A program made the position numbers and the translations under genes. From the NCBI GenBank assembly GCA_963737655.1, contig CAVTTN010000002.1, forward strand, positions 1,152,001 through 1,216,000: a stretch of DNA of 64,000 nucleotides. Reading direction: 5' to 3'. The notes beneath the pieces were generated by a model. It saw only the letters and a program-made list of their open reading frames with translations, did not search any database and was not told the DNA's origin. Below, piece after piece: positions 40,646 to 52,653 of the stretch (within the stretch, counting starts at the first letter, position 1; each line of letters begins with the position of its first letter). This DNA comes from an uncultured Planctomycetota bacterium. Lineage in GTDB: Bacteria; Planctomycetota; Planctomycetia; Isosphaerales; Isosphaeraceae.

Positions 40646-43600
40646 ATGAAGATCCGGGCGATCGTCGGGGCGGTGGCGGTGGCGGTGGCGGTGGTCGGCG
40701 GGACGATCCTCGGGGCGGCCCGGGGGGACGAGCCGATCGTCGCCGACTGGGTCTTCCAGAACGGCACGGTCTTCGACGGCACCGGCGCCGAGGGCCGCAA
40801 GGCCGACGTGGCCATCCGGGGCGACCGGATCGTCGCCGTCGGCGCGTTCGCCTTCGACGCGAGGAGGGCGAAGGTCGTCGATGCCTCCGGCCTGATCGTC
40901 GCCCCGGGCTTCATCGACCTCCACACCCATTCCGACGAAGGCATCGCCCGGCCCAAGCTCCGCTCCAACCGCAACTACGTGGCCCAGGGCGTCACCACCG
41001 TCGTCACCGGCAACTGCGGGAGCGGCCCGATCGACATCCGCGCCTATTTCGCCGCCATCGAGAGCGGAGGGGCGCCGGCTCGAACGTGATCCACCTGATC
41101 CCCCAGGGATCGCTCCGAAAGACCGTCCTCGGCACCGCCGACCGCCGCGCCGACGCCAAGAGCCTGGCCAAGATGAAGGAGATCGTGGCCCGGGAGATGG
41201 ACGCCGGCGCCTGGGGGATGTCCTCGGGCCTGATCTACGTCCCCAGCCGCTACGCCGACACCGACGAGCTCGTCGAGCTGGCCAAGATCGTGGCTAAAGA
41301 TGGCGGGATCTACGCCTCGCACATCCGCGACGAGGAATCCGGCCTCCTCGCCTCGATCGACGAGGCCCTGGCCGTCGCCCGCCGGTCCGGGGCGGCCGTC
41401 CACATCTCCCACATCAAGGCCAACGGCAAGCCCCAGTGGGGCAAGATCGAATCGGCCCTCAAGAAGATCGAAAAGGCCCGCGCCGAGGGCTTCAAGGTCA
41501 CGGCCGACCAGTATCCCTACATCGCCTCCAGCACCCAACTTGCCGCGATGGTCGTCCCGCACTGGGCCCGGCAGGGCTCGGCCGTCGATTTCGCGAGGAT
41601 CGCCGCCGACCCGGTCGAAGGGCTCCGGCTCCGCAAGGCGATCCAGACGGAGGTGGACGACCGCGAGGGCGGCAGCTCGATCCGGATCGCCCGGTACCCC
41701 GTCAAGCCCGACCGCGTGGGCCACGATCTGGTAGCGATCGCCGAGGCCGAAATGACGACCCCTCTTGAGGTTGTGCTCGACATCGAGCGCCACGGAGGGG
41801 CCCAGGCGATCAGCTTCGGGATGAGCGAGGACGACGTTCGCACCGCGATGGCCCGCGACTTCGTCGCGACCGCCTCCGACGCCTCCACCCACCTCCCCGG
41901 CTCGGGCGACCAGATCCACCCCCGGGCGTATGGCACGTTCCCGAGGAAAATTCGTTACGCGTTGGACGAGAAGGTCCTGAGCCTCGAAGCCGCGATCCGC
42001 GCGGGGACGGGCCTGCCGGCCGCGATCCTGGGCCTGCCGGACCGGGGGACGATCCGCGTCGGCAACTTCGCCGACCTCATCCTGTTTGATCCCAACACGT
42101 TCCGCGACACCGCCACCTTCGACGAGCCGACGAAGCCCCCCACCGGGCTGGCGTTCGTGTTCGTGAACGGCCAGCCGGCCGTCGAACGGGGCGTGTTCCG
42201 CAACGTGCTGGCGGGTCGGGTGTTGAAGAGGCAGAAGGACGGGCCCGCCGAGGTCGTGGTGAAGGCCGGGAAGGTCTGGACGGGCGACCCGTCCCGCCCC
42301 TGGGCCGAGGCGGTGGCGATCCGCGGCGGATCGATCGTCGCCGTCGGCACCTTCGACGAGATCGAGAGGTTCCGGGGGCCGGGGACCGAGGTCCTCGACC
42401 GCCCGGACGGCCTGGTGGTCCCGGGTCTGATCGACGCCCACGCCCATCTGACCGAACTGGGCGCCGAGATCGAGCAGGTGGACCTCCGAGGCGTGAAGAC
42501 GCCCGAGGCCGCCGCCCAGAAGGTGGCCGAGGCCGGGAAAGCCAGGCCCGGGGACACCTGGATCCTCGGCCGGAACTGGGACCAGAGCCTCTGGCCGGGC
42601 GGCGAGTTCGCCTCGTCGGAAGCGCTCGACAAGGTCGCCCCAAATCGCCCGGTCTGGCTCATTCGCGTGGACGGCCACGCCGGATGGGCCAACGCCGAGG
42701 CGATGCGGAGGGCGAAAATCGGCGTCTCGACCAGGCCGCCGGCCGACGGGCAGATCGTCCGCGACAAGGCCGGCAACCCCCTGGGCGTGTTCGTCGATGG
42801 CGCGATGGATCTGGTCGCCCGGCACGTCCCTCCGCCGACGAAGGAGGCGATCTCGCGGCGGATCCTCGCCGGCCAGGAAGCCTGCCTCCGCCTCGGCCTG
42901 ACCGGCGTCCACGACGCCAGCGTGACCCCCGAGGAAGCGGAGATTTTCCGCAATCTGGATAAGGAAGGCAAGCTGAAGCTCCGCGTGTACGGGATGGCCC
43001 TGCCGCCGAAGGGCAAGGAGGTCGAGTTCGCCTCGTCGGCGCCGATCCCTCGCAAACCCGAACGCCGGTTTGAGATGAGGGCGATCAAGGTCTTCATCGA
43101 CGGCGCGATGGGGTCGCGAGGCGCCCTGTTGTTCGAGCCCTACGCCGACGACCCGAAGAACTCCGGCCTCCAGCTTGCCGACCCGAAGGCCCTGGAACGA
43201 CTGACCATCTCGGCCCTGAGGCACGGCTGGCAGGTCTGCACCCACGCGATCGGCGACAAGGGCAATGCGCTCGTCCTGGAGGCGTATGGCCATGCGCTCA
43301 AGACAGTGCCCGAGGCCAAAGACCGCCGGCTCCGGGTCGAGCATGCCCAGGTCGTCCGCAAGGAGGACGTGGCCCGGTTCGCCGAGCTCGGGCTGATTGC
43401 CTCGATGCAGCCGAGCCACGCCAGCGACGACATGCGATGGGCCGACGCCCGGCTCGGGACCGAGCGAGCCGAGGGGGCCTATGCCTGGCGGTGGTTCCTG
43501 GACGCGGGCGTTCCGATCGCCTTCGGCAGCGATTTTCCCGTCGAGGTCGCCGACCCCCTGTGGGGCCTCTACGCGGCCGTGACCCGGCAGGATCGCCAGG

Positions 43601-43953
43601 GGAAGCCACCGGGAGGCTGGCACCCGGATCAAAAACTCTCGATGGAGGAGGCCCTCCGCCTCTTCACCGCCGGGTCGGCCTTCGCCGGGTTCGAGGAGAA
43701 ACGGCTCGGGACGATCGAGGTCGGCAAGGCGGCCGACCTGACCCTGTTCGACCGCGACCTCTTCCGCGTCGAGCCGGCCCAGGTCCTCCGGGCCCGCGTC
43801 ACGGAAACCCTTGTGGAGGGGGAAGTTCTGCATCGATGGGACAATCGGGCCGAAAAGATCGCCCTGAAGATGACCGCCATCGCCCAGAGGCTCGCCGTCC
43901 CCCGAAGCCCTCTGCCCACCCTGGTCGCGGCGGTGACGGTGCGCTCCCTGTAA
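40646..43953 (+). CDS. Secreted two-domain amidohydrolase: N-acyl-D-amino-acid deacylase-like plus YtcJ/amidohydrolase-3-like (apparent frameshift at ~41070)
   Basis: Signal peptide; PGFIDLHTHSD, GNCG, SHIR, HISHIK, HPRAYGTFPR; then PGLIDAHAH, DGH, KVFIDGAMGSRGA, HAIGD, EHAQ, GSDFPVE. Confidence 0.88.
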
Positions 43954-44038
43954 GGTGCATGCAAGGCACCGGCTTCGAATTCGAGCGGTTGGAATCGACC
44001 CCCAAGAGACAAATTCCGGTGCATGGCATGCACCCCTC
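43950..44038. repeat. Degenerate REPIN-like element (GGTGCA family)
   Basis: GTAAGGTGCATGCAAGGCACC ... GGTGCATGGCATGCACCCCTC. Confidence 0.75.
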
Positions 44039-44048
44039 GGAGGCCCTG

Positions 44049-45629
44049 ATGCGTCATCGCTGGATTGGCACTTGCCTGGTCGGGTTGGCCGTCTTCCCTG
44101 CGCACGTTTTCGCCCAGGCCGAGCGGCCCAACCGCCGTCCCGGAGGGGGCGGCGCCCCTCCGGCGTCGGCGGCCCCGGCGGCCGAGGAGAAGCCGGCCGA
44201 GCGGCCGAAGGCCCCCGAGGCGGACGAGCCTCCGGTCGTCACCCAGCATCAAATCTCGGCCGACGGCAAGACGCTGGCCTACTCGGCCTCGGCCGGGATG
44301 ATGCCGATCAAGAACGCCCAGGGGGAGACCGAGGCGAAGATTTTCTACATCGCCTATACCTTGAAGGATTCGGGAGATGCGGCGAAGAGGCCGGTCATGT
44401 TCAGCTTCAACGGCGGCCCCGGGTCGTCCTCGGTCTGGCTCCACATCGGCGCCCTGGGGCCGAAGCGGGTCGTCATGCCCAGCGACGGCAAGTTCGCCGC
44501 CCCTCCGTTCCACGTCCAGGACAATGACTCGACCTGGCTCGACAAGACCGACCTGGTCTTCATCGACCCGGTGGGCACCGGCTTCAGCCGGGCGAGCAAG
44601 CCCGATCTCACGGCCAAGTTCCACGGCCTCCGGGGCGACATCGACAGCGTGGGCGAGTTCATCCGGATGTACCTGACCAAGACCGGCCGCTGGACCTCGC
44701 CGGTCTACCTCGTCGGCGAGAGCTACGGGACGACCCGCGCCGCCGGCCTGTCCGACCACCTGGTCGAGCATGGCGTGGCCCTGAACGGCGTGGTCCTGGT
44801 CTCGTCGGTGCTCAATTTCCAGACGCTCCGATTCGCCCAGGGCAATGATTTGCCCAACGTCCTGTACTTGCCCACTTACGCCGCGACGGCCTGGTATCAC
44901 AAGAAGCTGTCCAAGGACCTCCAGGCCCGGGACGTCAAGTCGGTGGTGGACGAGGCCCGCCGATGGGCCGACTCCGAATACGCCCGGAGCCTCGACAAGG
45001 GCACCGACCTGAAGCCCGAGGACCGCGCGGCGATGATCGCCGGGGTGGCCAAGTATACGGGCCTGGACCCGGATTACGTCGATGCCGCCGACGGCCGGAT
45101 CGAGATCATGGCGTTCTGCAAGCAGTTGCTCCGCAAGGAGAAGAAGACGGTCGGCCGGCTCGACAGCCGGTACGTCGGCATCGATGCCTCGCACACCGGC
45201 GAGAACCTGGAGACCGACCCGAGCATGGCCGCGATCCGGCCGCCCTACACGTCGGCCTTCAACGCCTACGTCCGCAACGACCTCGGCTACAAGACCGACC
45301 TGCCCTACCACATCCTGGGCGAAGGGGTGGGCCGCTGGGACTGGGGCACCCAGGGCCAGGGTTACGCCGACGTGAGCAACGCCCTGCGCAACGCGATGGC
45401 CAAGAATCCGTACATGAAAGTGTTCGTCGGCTCCGGCTACTTCGACCTGGCCACCCCCCTGGCCGCCACGGATTATACCCTGGCCCACATGGGCCTCCAG
45501 CCCGAGCAGAAGGCGAACGTCCGGGTCGAGACCTACGACGCCGGCCACATGATGTACCTCCACGAGCCGTCCCTGAAGAAGCTCAAGGCCGACGTGGCGA
45601 AGTTCCTGGAGGATTCCGGGACCAAGTGA
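44049..45629 (+). CDS. S10-family serine carboxypeptidase, secreted
   Basis: FNGGPGSSS, FIDPVGTGFS, GESYG, GYFDLATP, AGHMMY. Confidence 0.93.
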   Translation: MRHRWIGTCLVGLAVFPAHVFAQAERPNRRPGGGGAPPASAAPAAEEKPAERPKAPEADEPPVVTQHQISADGKTLAYSASAGMMPIKNAQGETEAKIFYIAYTLKDSGDAAKRPVMFSFNGGPGSSSVWLHIGALGPKRVVMPSDGKFAAPPFHVQDNDSTWLDKTDLVFIDPVGTGFSRASKPDLTAKFHGLRGDIDSVGEFIRMYLTKTGRWTSPVYLVGESYGTTRAAGLSDHLVEHGVALNGVVLVSSVLNFQTLRFAQGNDLPNVLYLPTYAATAWYHKKLSKDLQARDVKSVVDEARRWADSEYARSLDKGTDLKPEDRAAMIAGVAKYTGLDPDYVDAADGRIEIMAFCKQLLRKEKKTVGRLDSRYVGIDASHTGENLETDPSMAAIRPPYTSAFNAYVRNDLGYKTDLPYHILGEGVGRWDWGTQGQGYADVSNALRNAMAKNPYMKVFVGSGYFDLATPLAATDYTLAHMGLQPEQKANVRVETYDAGHMMYLHEPSLKKLKADVAKFLEDSGTK

Positions 45630-45762
45630 TGGACAGGCACTCACCTCGGCACGGCTCTTGCTGATCCTTTGTCCACAGCCGCCGGACGTTCCGGCCCCTC
45701 GCCCCGAGGGGACGTCCGGCGCGGTGGGGCCGCCTTCGAGCGGCGATCGGGAGGAGCCTCCG

Positions 45763-46017
45763 ATGAGCGACCGCGACGCGAACGCGACCGAGGCCGAGAA
45801 CGGCGCGATCAAGGACCCGGCCGAGTGGACCACCGGCGACGAGCCGATGACCGGGGCGCAGGATTCGTACCTCCACACCCTGGCCCGCCAGGCGGGCGAG
45901 GAGGTCGGCGAGGAGCTGACCAAGGCCGAGGCGTCGGTGAAGATCGAGGAGTTGCGGGAGAAGACGGGCAAGACGGCCCGGAAAGCGAAGACGAAGAAGT
46001 CCGCCTCGCGGAAGTGA
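45763..46017 (+). CDS. DUF3072-like small protein
   Basis: KDPAEWTTGDEPMTGAQDSYL.TL..LTKAEAS..IEEL; GGAGG RBS. Confidence 0.85.
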   Translation: MSDRDANATEAENGAIKDPAEWTTGDEPMTGAQDSYLHTLARQAGEEVGEELTKAEASVKIEELREKTGKTARKAKTKKSASRK

Positions 46018-46115
46018 GCCGGGCCGAGGTCGAGGCAAGGCGATTGCCCCCCGGGGGCCGAGGCGATACGCTCGGCGGCCCGGGGGGCGTTTCCGTCCGA
46101 GGCGATCGAGGACCG

Positions 46116-46487
46116 ATGGACGACGATTGGGGCGACGCGATCGTGACGGCCTGCCTGTGGGGGCCTCCGAGCCTGGCGGGGGTGCTCGCGCTCGTGAACG
46201 GGCCGATCCGGTTCTCGGGGCGGGCGCTGACGACGGGGATGAACCGGCTGGTGGCGGCGATCTGGCTCGCGCCGTTGCCGGTGACGATCCTGGTGGCCGT
46301 CGGGATCGTCGCGGCGAGGCGGGCGTCGGCCGACGAGGCGGGGCGGATCGCCCAGGACGCCTCGACGTCCGTCCTCCGCCTCCTGAGCGTCCTCTGCCTG
46401 CTGGCCGGAGGGACCATCGCCCTGGCCGGGGCCCGGCCGGTCATCCCGCCGAAGCGGCCCAAGGGGAAGCGGCGACGACGAGGCTAG
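46116..46487 (+). CDS. Hypothetical membrane protein
   Basis: Three hydrophobic segments and a basic tail; GAGG RBS. Confidence 0.55.
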   Translation: MDDDWGDAIVTACLWGPPSLAGVLALVNGPIRFSGRALTTGMNRLVAAIWLAPLPVTILVAVGIVAARRASADEAGRIAQDASTSVLRLLSVLCLLAGGTIALAGARPVIPPKRPKGKRRRRG

Positions 46488-46506
46488 CGGTCGGCCCGGG
46501 TCGAGA

Positions 46507-46597
46507 GAGGGGTGGCATGCTGACGTCTTCGTCAGCATGTCTTGGGTTCGAGACCGAGCGAAGACCTGCTCACGAAGACGTCAGCATGCCACCCGAC
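46507..46597. repeat. Nested-palindrome REPIN-like element (GGTGGCATGC family)
   Basis: GGGTGGCATGCTGACGTCTTCGTCAGCATGTCTT ... AAGACCTGCTCACGAAGACGTCAGCATGCCACCCGAC. Confidence 0.8.
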
Positions 46598-46703
46598 CGA
46601 TTCGCCCGCCGCGACGGTCCCCTACCCGGCGGGCCTCGGCGCTGCTATGGTCGATCGGTCGGCCCGGCGCCTCGACCCGTCCCTCCCCTTCGGAGACCCG
46701 GCC

Positions 46704-47441
46704 ATGCCCGGCCCTCCCGGATCGGCCCGCGTTTTCGCCCTCGCGTGGGGGCTCGTCTTGCTGGCGATCGGCGCCGGGGCGACGGCCGGGGTCAAGTCGA
46801 CCGTCTCGACCTATCGGAGCGGCCCGGCGGAGGTCTCGGTCGAGTGCTTCGCCCCGACGACCGGGGGGAGGCACCCGGCAGCCCTCCTTTTGCACGGATC
46901 GGGCGGCCTGGACGGGGCCACCGGCGACGTCTTCCGGGGGATGGCCCGGTCGATGGCCCAAAAAGGGTATGTCGTGCTCATCCCCCACTATTTCGATCGC
47001 GAGGAACAGGACGACGGATGGGCCGAGGCGGTCCGCGACGCGATCGAGGTCGCCGCCTCGCGAGACGACGTCGATCCCGACCGCCTCGGCCTCTTCGGCT
47101 TCTCGCTCGGGGCGCACCTGGCGTTCAACCGGGCCTCTCGGGACGACCGCGTCAAGGCCGTGGTCGCGCTCTCGGGCCGGCCGCCGGTCGGTCCGGACGC
47201 CCGGGTCCCGCCGACGCTGGTCCTCCGAGGCTCGAAGGACCCCGGAGTCACCCCGCAGGTCGTCCGCGACTTTGAGGAAGCGATGAAAACGAGGCAAATC
47301 CCCTGTCTCGTGCATGTGTACCCCGGCCAGGGCCACAACTTCGAGGCCGGGAAGTTCGCCGACGTCGGCCAACGGATGATGTCGTTCTTCGATCAGCATG
47401 TCAAACCGAGGAAACCGAGGGCCGGCGCGGATGGAAAATGA
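46704..47441 (+). CDS. Dienelactone-hydrolase-family alpha/beta hydrolase
   Basis: LLHGSGG, GYVVLIPHYF, GFSLGA, GSKD, YPGQGHNF. Confidence 0.85.
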   Translation: MPGPPGSARVFALAWGLVLLAIGAGATAGVKSTVSTYRSGPAEVSVECFAPTTGGRHPAALLLHGSGGLDGATGDVFRGMARSMAQKGYVVLIPHYFDREEQDDGWAEAVRDAIEVAASRDDVDPDRLGLFGFSLGAHLAFNRASRDDRVKAVVALSGRPPVGPDARVPPTLVLRGSKDPGVTPQVVRDFEEAMKTRQIPCLVHVYPGQGHNFEAGKFADVGQRMMSFFDQHVKPRKPRAGADGK

Positions 47442-48215
47442 TCGCGAGGGCGGCCCGGCGGTCTCCTGGGAGGGCGTGGAGAAGGACTATCCCGACGGGC
47501 ACAAGGCGCTGGGCGGCGTGACGCTGGCGGTCGCCCGGGGGGAGTCGCTGGCGATCCTCGGCACCAGCGGATCGGGCAAGACGACGCTCCTGAAGACGGT
47601 CAACCGGCTGATCGAGCCGACCGGCGGCTCGGTGGTGGTCTTCGGCAAGCCGACCTCGGCCTGGGACCGGATCGCGTTGCGGCGGTCGATCGGCTACGTG
47701 ATCCAGGAGGCGGGCTTGATGCCTCATCTGGACTGCCTGGCCAACGCGGGGCTGGTCCCCCGGCTCAAGGGCACGCCCCGGGCCGATCGCGAGGCGAAGG
47801 CCGAGGAGGTGCTGGCGCTCGTGGGCCTGGACCCGTCGCGGTTCGCCCGGCTGCGGCCGCATCAGCTCAGCGGGGGGCAGAGGCAGAGGGTCGGCGTGGC
47901 CCGCGCCCTGGCCGCCGACCCGGACCTGATCCTGATGGACGAGCCGTTCGGCGCGCTCGACCCGATCACCCGCCGCGACCTCCAGGACGAGTTCCGGTCG
48001 CTGCAACGACGGCTGAAGAAGACGGTGATCCTCGTGACCCACGACATCCGCGAGGCGTGCCGGATCGCCGACCGGCTGGCCCTGATGGACCGGGGCAAGC
48101 TCGTCCAGGTCGGCTCGGCCGAGGACTTCCGGGACCGCCCGGCCGATCCGTTCGTCCGCTCGTTCTTCGCCGACGCCGAGGCCGTGGCGATCGGTCACGA
48201 CGGGGGCCCGGCTGA
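47431..48215 (+). CDS. Osmoprotectant ABC transporter ATP-binding subunit (OpuA/ProV-like); stop needs one more G at ~48205
   Basis: GTSGSGKTT, GYVIQ, LSGGQRQRVG, LMDEPFGALDP, VTHD. Restoring one G gives TGATG coupling to the next gene. Confidence 0.9.
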
Positions 48216-49872
48216 TGACGGCATTCCTGAACCTGCTCCGCGAGACGCTCCGACTGGGCTGGGACCACCGGGCCGAGCTCGCGGAGCTGGCGGCGGCCCA
48301 CCTGGACCTGGTCGTCGAGTCGGTGGGGATCGCCTCGGCGATCGCCGTGCCCCTGGGCATCCTCGCGTCGCGGTCGAGGCCGGTCGAGCGGGTCGTGGTG
48401 GGCGCGGCCAACGTGCTGCAGACGGTGCCGAGCCTGGCCCTGCTCGGGTTCCTGCTCGTCCTGTTCGGCGGGGCGATCGGCAAGGCGCCGTCGCTCGCGG
48501 CCCTGGTGATCTATTCGCTGTTGCCGATCCTGAAGAACACGGTCCTGGGCCTCCGGGGGGTCGATCGCGGGACGGTCGAGGCGGCCGAGGGCATGGGGAT
48601 GACCGGGTGGCAGAGGCTCCGGCTGGTGGAGCTGCCGTTGGCCGTCCCGGTGATCCTCGGGGGCGTCCGGGTGGCGGCGGTGGCGGCCGTCGGCATGGCC
48701 ACGATCGCCGCGTTCATCGGCGCGAGGGGGCTGGGCAACTACATCCAGAGGGGCCTCTCGACGCTCGACGCCCGCTGGACCCTGCTCGGCGCGATCCCCG
48801 CGGCGATGCTCGCGCTGGGGTGCGACGCGGCTCTGGGCGAGCTCGAACGGGCGATCGACCCGAAGGCGGCGAAGGGCTCGCGGCTCCGGGGGATCGTCGC
48901 CGGGCTGGCCATCGCGGTGCTCCTGGGCCTGGCCCTCTGGGGCGCCACGGACGGCTGGAGGCCGGGCCGGGCCGCCGAACCGCCCGAGGCCGCCCCGGAC
49001 GGCCAGGCCGGCGAGGGCCGCCGCGAGATCCGGACCGTCGTCGTCGGCTCCAAGGACGGCGGCGAGATGATCCTCCTCGGCCACATGCTCGCGGACCTCA
49101 TCGAGGCAAAGACCGATCTGAACGTCCGGCGGACCATGAACCTCGGCGGGACGATGATCGCCTTCCAGGCGATGAAGGCCGGCGGCCCGGCGCGACCGGC
49201 GACCGGGCCGGCGGGCTGGATCTCTACGTCGAGTACACCGGCACCGCCCTCACGGCGATCCTGAAGAAGCCGCCGGCCAACGACCCGGCCGCCGTCCGCG
49301 ACGAGGTCCGGCTCGGGCTGGCCGCCCAGGGGATCGCGTGCCTCGACCCTCTCGGGTTCGAGAATACGTTCGCCATGCTGATGCGTCGGGACCAGGCCGA
49401 GCGGCTGAAGATCCGGCGGATCTCGGACCTCCGCCCATTCGGCCAGACGATCCGCCCGGGGGCCGGCCCCGAGTTCATGAACCGGCCCGACGGCTTCGCC
49501 GGGCTCGTCCGCGCCTACGGCCTGAAGTTCGCGCAGAGGCCCCGCGAGATGGACCGCAACCTCCTCTATCAGGCCCTGTCTCGGGGCACGATCGACCTCG
49601 CCGCCGGGGACTCCACCGACGGCCGGATCGCCGCGCTGGACCTCGTCGCCCTGGAAGACGACCGCCGCTATTTCCCCCCGTACGAGGCCGTCCCCCTGAT
49701 CCGCGCCTCGACCCTCCAGGCCCATCCCGAGATCGAGAAGGCCCTCCGCCCTCTGCTCGGCAAGATCGACGCCGCGACGATGAGGAGGCTGAACTACGAG
49801 ATCGACGGCAAGAAGCGCGACCCCGCCGAGGTCGCCCGCGAGTACCTCCGGGCCTCGGGCTTGCTGCCTTGA
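48215..49872 (+). CDS. Fused osmoprotectant ABC permease plus substrate-binding domain (apparent frameshift at ~49210)
   Basis: QTVPSLAL, EAAEGMGMT, GARGLG; VGSK..E, DLYVEYTGT, GFENTF, RPDG, LEDDRRYFPPY. Confidence 0.9.
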
Positions 49873-49877
49873 GGCCC

Positions 49878-50037
49878 GGAGGGTGCATGAAATGCACCAA
49901 ACACGCGGCGGCCATCGGCCGCCCACCCAGACTCCGCGAGCACCGGCAAGGACAAGGAACGCGGTAGGCCGGCGTGGCCCGCCGCTTCCTGGCGGGTTTC
50001 GCCCGCCCCAGGTCACGGTGCATTTCATGCACCCTAC
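49878..50037. repeat. REPIN-like element (GGTGCA family)
   Basis: GGAGGGTGCATGAAATGCACC ... GGTGCATTTCATGCACCCTAC. Confidence 0.85.
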
Positions 50038-50122
50038 GGGACGTTGGTCCTCATCACCGTTGTCCCCGGAGGGTCCAGGGGATAGCCTGGAGGCCCTTCG
50101 CCCACCACCCGGAGCGCCTCCC

Positions 50123-51426
50123 GTGAATCGAACCTTCCTCGCGTGCCTCGTCGCCCTGGTCGCCTCGTCGTCGGTCTCGGCCCAGGAGGCCGCGAAGCCT
50201 CCGACGAAGGCGATCGTGATCAAGGCCGGCAAGCTGATCGACCCCCGCGCCGGCCGCGTCTTGACCGATCGCGCGATCCTCGTCCGGGGCGAGCGGATCG
50301 AGGCCGTCGGGCCGATCGACGAGGTCCTCAAGGCCGCGCCGAAGGACTGCGAGACCATCGACCTCTCGGGCTCGACCGTCCTGCCCGGCCTGGCCGACTG
50401 TCATACTCACGTGTTGTTGCAGGGTGACATCACCCAGGCCGACTACGATGAGCAATTGCTCAAGGAATCGATCCCTTACCGGACGATCCGCGCCACGATG
50501 GCCGCCCGGACGGCCGTCATGAACGGCTTCACGGCGATCCGCGACCTGGAGACCGAGGGGGCGATGTACGCCGACGTGGACGTCAAGAAGGCCATCCACA
50601 ACGGCGTGATCCCCGGCCCCCGGATGTTCGTCGCGACCCGGGCGTTCTCGGCCACCGGCATGTATCCGCTGACGGGCTATTCCTGGGAGCTGAAGATGCC
50701 CGAGGGCGTGCAGATCGTCGACGGCCCGGACGCGATCCGCAAGGCCGTCCGCGAGCAGGTCAAGCACGGGGCCGACTGGATCAAATTCTACTGCGATCGC
50801 AAGTATTATCTGAAGGACGGCGTCCTCCGCAGCAAGGTGAACTTCACCGAGGACGAGATGAAGGCGATGGTGGACGAGGCCCACCGGCTCGACCGCAAGG
50901 TGGCCGCCCACGCGATGGGCAGGGACGGCATCGCCGCCGCTTTGAAGGCCGGCGCCGACACCATCGAGCACGGCGACGGCCTCGACGAGGAACTCATGGA
51001 CGAGATGATCCGAAAGGGCGCCTTCTGGTGCCCGACGATCTACGTCGGCGTGTACGTGGCCGAGGGCCGCGCCGCCTCCGGGCGCCGATCTGGAAGGACA
51101 TGGTCGAGATCGAGCGCAAGGCGTTCGGCCTGGCCGTCAAGAAGGGCGTCAAGATCGCCTACGGGACGGACGTCGGCGGCTACTCCTGGAGCGAGAACCA
51201 GGCCAAGGAGTTCTCCTACATGGTCCGCTACGGGATGACCCCGATGCAGGCGATCCGCTCCGCCACGGTCGTCGCCGCCGAGCTCCTCGAATCCGAAAAG
51301 GACCTCGGCGCCATCGAGCCCGGCAAGTTCGCCGACATCATCGCCGTCAAGGGCGACCCCCTGGCCGACATCTCCGAGCTGGAGCACGTCTCGTTCGTCA
51401 TGAAAGGTGGGAAAGTGCTCAAGTAG
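50123..51426 (+). CDS. Secreted metal-dependent amidohydrolase (Xaa-Pro dipeptidase-like); apparent frameshift at ~51080
   Basis: PGLADCHTH, GFTAIRD, GADWIK, VAAHA, IEHG; then YGTDVG, GKFADIIAV.GDPL, FVMKGG. Confidence 0.9.
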
Positions 51427-51600
51427 GGTGCATGTAATGCACCAACCGGCGGCGGCCGGCGGCCGCCCTCGATTTTCTCATGTTTCCCGGGATTTTCTCG
51501 CGTTTTTCGACGCAAACGAGGAGGCGGAGGGCGGCCGACGGCCGCCGCCGGTTGGTGCATTTCATGCACCCGACATGACGGTGCATTCCATGCACCCGAC
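51423..51600. repeat. REPIN-like element with three REP units
   Basis: GTAGGGTGCATGTAATGCACC ... GGTGCATTTCATGCACCCGAC-ATGAC-GGTGCATTCCATGCACCCGAC. Confidence 0.85.
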
Positions 51601-51607
51601 GTCTGGT

Positions 51608-52507
51608 TCAGGGCTTCGGGTGCTTGAGGAAGAAGGCCCAGATCAGGGCGTTGGCGTCGAGGTCCAGCGCCGCCTTGCCGAGCAACGCCCCTCCGATCGG
51701 CTCCCGGCCCGGCCAGGTGTGGCCGCCTCCCTCGATCACGAACAGGACGACCTCGCTCCCCTCGCGACCGGGCCCGAATTCCCTCTTCGCGATCGTCAGG
51801 CCGTCCTTGCTGTCGTGGGGGACGTCGGTTCTGGCCGGCTCGTCGGGGCAGCCGTCGTGCTTCGCCCAGAGCTTGACGGTCTCCTCGACGCCCCGCAATC
51901 GCGACGACCCCGGCCTCCTCCAGAGCGTCCCTCCGAACGAGACGAAGCCGTCCTTGGTGCCGTGGAAGTGGAGGACCGGCACCGGACGCTTCGCCCGGAT
52001 CTCGGGCCCCACCATCGTCCCGGCCACCGGGGCGATCGCGGCGATCCGGTCGGACATCTCCGAGGCCAGCCGGTAGCACATCATCCCGCCGTTGGAGAAC
52101 CCGGTCGCGAACACCCGTCTCGGATCCACGTTCGCCGCCCCGGCCACGTCGTCCAGGACCTTCCCGAGATAGCCGACGTCGTCCACGTCGTCCCCGCCCA
52201 CCAGCCCGACGTTCCACCGGAGCATCGCGCCCCGGCCGGTGCCGTTGGGATAGGCCACCAGGAACCCCTCGCGATCGGCCGTCCCGCTCAACCCGCTGAT
52301 CATCGCCATCGCCGGCCCATTGGTGGCGAAGGGATGCAGGGCCAGGACCACCGGAAACGGCTTCTCCGGGTCATACGACGGAGGGACATGCAACAAATAA
52401 GGCCGCGACTTCCCGCCCGACTCCACCGACCGCGAATGGTCGCCGGGAGTCAAGGGCCCGGCCGCCGAGGCCGTGATCAAGGCCAGCCAGATCGGGACGC
52501 CGCTCAT
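51608..52507 (-). CDS. LpqC/PHB-depolymerase-family secreted esterase
   Basis: RPYLLHVP, GFLVAYPNG, DDVGYL, TGFSNGGMM, HGTKD, GGGHTWPG. Confidence 0.9.
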   Translation of the reverse strand: MSGVPIWLALITASAAGPLTPGDHSRSVESGGKSRPYLLHVPPSYDPEKPFPVVLALHPFATNGPAMAMISGLSGTADREGFLVAYPNGTGRGAMLRWNVGLVGGDDVDDVGYLGKVLDDVAGAANVDPRRVFATGFSNGGMMCYRLASEMSDRIAAIAPVAGTMVGPEIRAKRPVPVLHFHGTKDGFVSFGGTLWRRPGSSRLRGVEETVKLWAKHDGCPDEPARTDVPHDSKDGLTIAKREFGPGREGSEVVLFVIEGGGHTWPGREPIGGALLGKAALDLDANALIWAFFLKHPKP

Positions 52508-52653
52508 CGACCACCCCTTTGCTGTCGAGATCGGCCCGGGGACCGACCGTCGGGCCCGCGAGGCGAGGGATCGACGCGACGCATGGGCTCGTGCGGCCCC
52601 TCTTGCTAGGATAGGGTGGCCTGAGGCGCTGGGGAAGGGATGAGGGACGGATC

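Noticed and set aside
47398..49872. 824-aa ORF suggesting an ATPase fused to a substrate-binding domain
   Set aside because: The middle is off-frame nonsense overlapping the real permease. Two indels explain it, and restoring one G gives a normal TGATG junction.
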